Source of the DNA: an uncultured delta proteobacterium
GTDB taxonomy: Bacteria; Desulfobacterota; Syntrophia; Syntrophales; UBA2185
Assembly (NCBI GenBank): GCA_963729715.1
Contig: CAVSPA010000018.1
Span: 26,942 to 90,941 of the forward strand
Length of the DNA stretch: 64,000 nt
Direction of reading: 5' to 3'
The translations under genes were made by a program, and so were the position numbers. Numbering within the stretch: position 1 is the stretch's first letter; each line of letters opens with the position of its first letter. Shown here in pieces: positions 60,212 to 64,000 of the stretch. Under the pieces are notes generated by a model. It worked only from the letters and a program-made list of their open reading frames with translations, did not search any database and had not been told where the DNA came from.

Positions 60212-61480
60212 TTACTTTATTCTTTTCAGTGTAGTGACACAATTGGTTACCGCGGAATCGCCTACATTAAAGGCAACCCCGATTTCCGGCTGGCCCTTGG
60301 TGGGTTTGGCTCCAATAGGCTCCCCAACAAGCTGCTTATAAATAAGCGCGTTCATGGACACTCCGGTTGCTCCTACAGGGTGGCCTTTCGACTTGAGACC
60401 GCCGGAAAGATTTATCGGGCATGTATCGTCGCGGGTGAATCTTCCTTCCATATAATCAAATCCGGCCCGACCATCTTCAGAAAGCCCGAGTGCCTCTGTG
60501 CTGAGCAGCTGATTGATCGTAAAGCAGTCATGGACTTCGGCAAAGTTTACGTCGTTTATTGTAATTCCCGCTTCCGCAAAAGATTGCTTTATTGCCAGTT
60601 TACCGGCAGAAAGCTCATACATGTTCGGACGGACACTTTCCGCTATTCTTTCCGTTTTGGAACCAATTCCGGCAATTTCTACAACCTTCTTACTTATTGC
60701 CCTGGCGTCGCTCGTCGGCGCAAGCACGAGCGCCGCAGCGCCGTCCGATATCAGAGAACAATCATGAAGCCTCAAGGGATCGGCAACTATTGGATTGCTT
60801 CCTTTTCCTTCTAAAGGCATGTTAAGAATCGCTTGAGCGGTGAAGAGCTGCATCTTATCCAGTGGAGAACCTTTGCCGAAATGCGCCAATGGATTTTCTA
60901 CGCCATTTTTGTACATGAGGGCGGCAACAGTCGCCATCATCTTTCTCAATTCCTCGAGGGAATAATTGTAGTGTTTCATGTATCCTTTTGCATATTCTGC
61001 AAAGAGACCCGGGAAGGTCATGCCCCTTGCACCTTCGGTCGGCCAATGAGAAGAACAGGCTAAGGCGTGAGTCGTCCCCTTTGTATCCAGAAGATTCATT
61101 TTTTCAACACCGATAACCAGGACTCTCTTGAATCTTCCTGATTCAATCCCGAAAATAGCATTGTACAACGCTATCGAAGATGAAGCACAAGCGCCCTCAG
61201 TTCTTGTCGTATGGACAAATCTAAGGTCGTTAGGAGCTACCTCCAATGCCAAAGGACCGGCGTGTTCCTGATTAGCGAACATTGACGGGGAACAGGTGCC
61301 CAGCCAGATGCCATCAATATCTTTAGCCTCTACACCTGCATCTTTAAGAGCGCCCTGTCCTGCTTCTATGATAAGATCATAGTAGCTTTTAAGATCTTTG
61401 ATTTCACAGGTTTCTCTGTTTTTTTCGACGAAGGAACCAAACTTTGTGTTATAGGCACCGATTATACTGACTTTACTCAT
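60212..61480 (-). CDS. SCP2-type thiolase domain protein
   Basis: EGACASS, DCS.ISDGAAA, EVHDCF, N.SGGL.SKGHPVGATG. Confidence 0.9.
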   Translation of the reverse strand: MSKVSIIGAYNTKFGSFVEKNRETCEIKDLKSYYDLIIEAGQGALKDAGVEAKDIDGIWLGTCSPSMFANQEHAGPLALEVAPNDLRFVHTTRTEGACASSSIALYNAIFGIESGRFKRVLVIGVEKMNLLDTKGTTHALACSSHWPTEGARGMTFPGLFAEYAKGYMKHYNYSLEELRKMMATVAALMYKNGVENPLAHFGKGSPLDKMQLFTAQAILNMPLEGKGSNPIVADPLRLHDCSLISDGAAALVLAPTSDARAISKKVVEIAGIGSKTERIAESVRPNMYELSAGKLAIKQSFAEAGITINDVNFAEVHDCFTINQLLSTEALGLSEDGRAGFDYMEGRFTRDDTCPINLSGGLKSKGHPVGATGVSMNALIYKQLVGEPIGAKPTKGQPEIGVAFNVGDSAVTNCVTTLKRIK

Positions 61481-61617
61481 GATTGTTTTCTCCTCCCTTT
61501 AGATTTTCCCTATCTCGTTGCCAGTTGGCACCTCAGCGCCCCGGATGGCAGTATGATTTCCAATAAATGATGTGCCGAGACCACTCATATTTATTTTCCT
61601 CTTGAATCTGTAAAGAG

Positions 61618-61699
61618 GCACAGAACATGCCAAAACTTAATTGCAACACAATTAGGCACTTACAAAAGGCAGGGATTAAAAATTGCGAATATTCGCAAT
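61618..61699 (-). promoter_or_regulatory. Putative sigma54 promoter plus enhancer palindrome for the thiolase-CoA-transferase operon
   Basis: Minus strand TGGCAT-GTTCT-GTGC (61618-61632); perfect palindrome ATTGCGAATATTCGCAAT (61682-61699). Confidence 0.55.
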
Positions 61700-61968
61700 A
61701 GTCTTTGTTTTATTTCGCAATGGCGTGATCGATAGCGAAATATAACGATCACCGAGAAGAGCGACACGGACGAAGAAGACTCTGGCTGAGTTACAGTAAC
61801 CCTTCACCATTCATTTCCATTTGTGATCTTCACAATCTTAATCAATAACTAAAATCACGAGTGCAGGAAGTTATGTGTTTCCTCTTCCTTCTCGACAAAA
61901 AATCAAAGATGGCTTATTGTTTATATAATAATTCTTCTAGAAGAAACCAGCAGGAGCGCAGAGAAACC

Positions 61969-63000
61969 ATGAAAATTAATTTCAGCAGAAGCAACGGCCC
62001 CGTTGACGAAATCATTGAACAATTGATGGAGACCACCGGGGGCATCAAGAGGCCAGAATACATCCGCGAGATGATTATCGCCTCACTCAAGGCCGGGCAG
62101 GAGGACGACGAGAGCGCGGACCTCAAGCTCATGAACTCGACGCTCAAGGAGATGCGATTCACTTCCAAAGTCTTCGGTCCCTACCGGGACGTGCGCAAGG
62201 TCACGGTCTTCGGCTCGGCGCGCACGGAGCCGGGTGATCCTTTATACGAGCTCGCAAAGCTCTTCGGGAAAAAGCTCGCTGAGGCGGGATATATGATCAT
62301 CACCGGCGGGGGAGGAGGAATCATGCAGGCCGCAAACGAAGGCGCCGGCTCCGAGCATTCCTTCGCTGTGAACATCCGCCTGCCGTTCGAAGAGAAAGCG
62401 AATCCTGTGGTCGAAGGCAACCCGCGGCAAATCAATTACAAATATTTTTTTAACCGCAAAGTCGCATTCCTTAAAGAAGCCGACGCCGTGGCGCTCTTCC
62501 CGGGCGGCTTCGGCACACTCGACGAGGCAATGGAGACACTCACCCTGGTGCAGACCGGCAAACGCAATCCCATGCCGCTTGTGCTCGTGGATGATCCGGA
62601 TTGTTCATACTGGATACACCTGATCAAGCTCCTCGAGGAAGAGCTTCTGGCTCGCGGCTATATCTGCCAGTCGGACTTTGCGCTTTTCGAACGGGTCTGC
62701 TCCGTGGATGAAGCGGTAGAGAAGATCAAGCATTTCTATCGCCGCTATCACAGCATGCGGTATGTGCACGGCCGGCTTGTGATACGACTCACCTCTCAGC
62801 TCGGCTCCCATGACATCGGGGAACTGAGGGATCGGTTTCATGACATCATTACGCCCGAGGGCGATATCGAGCCATCCGCGGCGTTGGAAGCTGAGATGGA
62901 TGACACGGAAATTATTCATCTGCCTCGGCTTTTAGTAGACTTCAACCGCAGAGACTTCGGCAAGCTCAGAAATCTTATTGACGCGATCAATGATTTTTAG
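61969..63000 (+). CDS. LOG family nucleotide phosphoribohydrolase (long form)
   Basis: VFGSAR, TGGG.G.M.A.N.GA, F.RK..F, PGGFGTLDE; start ATG 61969. Confidence 0.9.
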   Translation: MKINFSRSNGPVDEIIEQLMETTGGIKRPEYIREMIIASLKAGQEDDESADLKLMNSTLKEMRFTSKVFGPYRDVRKVTVFGSARTEPGDPLYELAKLFGKKLAEAGYMIITGGGGGIMQAANEGAGSEHSFAVNIRLPFEEKANPVVEGNPRQINYKYFFNRKVAFLKEADAVALFPGGFGTLDEAMETLTLVQTGKRNPMPLVLVDDPDCSYWIHLIKLLEEELLARGYICQSDFALFERVCSVDEAVEKIKHFYRRYHSMRYVHGRLVIRLTSQLGSHDIGELRDRFHDIITPEGDIEPSAALEAEMDDTEIIHLPRLLVDFNRRDFGKLRNLIDAINDF

Positions 63001-63148
63001 ACTTTGACAAAAATGCCGGCCATGATCTCATCTTGATAAAATTCATTGATTATGCAAGATTGCACGCGACGATTGTTCCGCGGCTTTTGACTGAATGGGA
63101 GCCGTTGTTTCATTACATGATCATTTCGATATCAAGGGCAGGTGAAGA

Positions 63149-63772
63149 ATGAAAAGAATCATATTGGCGTTATGCTGTTTATTTCTTGTGTCGGGTTGCT
63201 CAACATTAAACGGTTCCGTGCCTTTCCGCTACGTTCCCTCTTTGAGCACGATGCAGCAGAATGACACCGTTATAGGTATGGACAAATTCGTTGACAGCCG
63301 GCCCGCGGACGATCAGGAGGTGACCAAGGCCATCCCTGATATTGATGAAAAGGTCACCTCGAAAGTGCTGGAAGATTTTCGATCTTCGGAGATGTTCGCC
63401 CGCGTTGATTTCCCCGCGCACGGTAACAAGGATGACTTGATTCTCAAGGGTGAGATCAAGCGGTTTTACTGGAAGACAAAACACAACCCCATCAAGTTCA
63501 TCCCGGTTGTCAATCTGTTGCTCCTTTTGGGAATCACTTCTTACAATATTGAAGCGGTCGTTGATTTAAAGGTTCAGGTGTTGGACGCTAAGACAGGCAA
63601 AGTGTTATCGGAATATGACAAAACCTCCACCAAAACGGATAGCGCGACGCTGTATGACAACAAGTCCGGTGAGTCGGGCGCCGAGCTGGCAGAGGCGTTC
63701 AGAGACGTTGTGAAACAGATCAAGGATGGCATAGCAGGCGACATTAAAAACGGGAAGATCCGGATTGGATAA
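63149..63772 (+). CDS. Hypothetical lipoprotein
   Basis: LVSGC lipobox signal peptide; 207-aa ORF. Confidence 0.75.
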   Translation: MKRIILALCCLFLVSGCSTLNGSVPFRYVPSLSTMQQNDTVIGMDKFVDSRPADDQEVTKAIPDIDEKVTSKVLEDFRSSEMFARVDFPAHGNKDDLILKGEIKRFYWKTKHNPIKFIPVVNLLLLLGITSYNIEAVVDLKVQVLDAKTGKVLSEYDKTSTKTDSATLYDNKSGESGAELAEAFRDVVKQIKDGIAGDIKNGKIRIG

Positions 63773-64000
63773 AAGGAACAGCCGGTTTTGGAGATACTAA
63801 TTTATCGACTGTGCTTATCAATAATAGAGATTTGATCATCAGTAACTAAGATTAGTGATTTTTTTCTAAATCGCAAGACCGATGGTAGTGCTGACTGCAC
63901 CTACTTGTCCTCAACTTTCCATGTAGAATAAAAGGATTACCACTTGCAACAGGTGACGTTTGTTAGAGTGACAAAAACATTCGTGGGGCTTGGAATCGAG

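Noticed and set aside
1..64000. CRISPR arrays, tRNA or rRNA genes
   Set aside because: None recognised by eye; no regularly spaced repeats of CRISPR type.
1..64000. Genome-wide TGA reassignment
   Set aside because: Many genes (fhs, first cooC, FAH, ABC permease) end at TGA at their expected C-termini.

Overview
Bacterial chromosomal window, most likely from an anaerobic Desulfobacterota/'deltaproteobacterial' syntroph (inferred from gene content only). Contents in order: (1) a PAS-LuxR regulator divergent from an acyl-CoA catabolic operon (crotonase, lactonase-like MBL, CoA-transferase, SSS transporter, Hbd, thiolase, decayed acyl-CoA dehydrogenase); (2) a minus-strand metal/Fe-S cluster (DUF134, NifX-like, Mrp, FmdB, NifU-like, DUF1847, CCG protein, MBL) containing a divergent AbfD-family gene; (3) an ORF-less group II intron with a second intron 5' end joined exactly at its domain V; (4) accessory genes for secreted and membrane proteins, plus IS200 and ISL3 elements; (5) a 14-kb Wood-Ljungdahl-type operon (ACT protein, fhs, MesB-like core methionine synthase, 2x cooC, CODH, an AcsB-AcsD fusion, acsC, RACo) with no acsE/metF/folD, whose non-overlapping spacers from fhs to RACo carry AT-rich heptamer repeats and/or REP-like palindromes; (6) Fe-S, FAH, TAXI, MFS, CoA-transferase/thiolase and LOG genes. 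Two genes have in-frame TGA codons. All family calls rest on motif recognition, not database searches.
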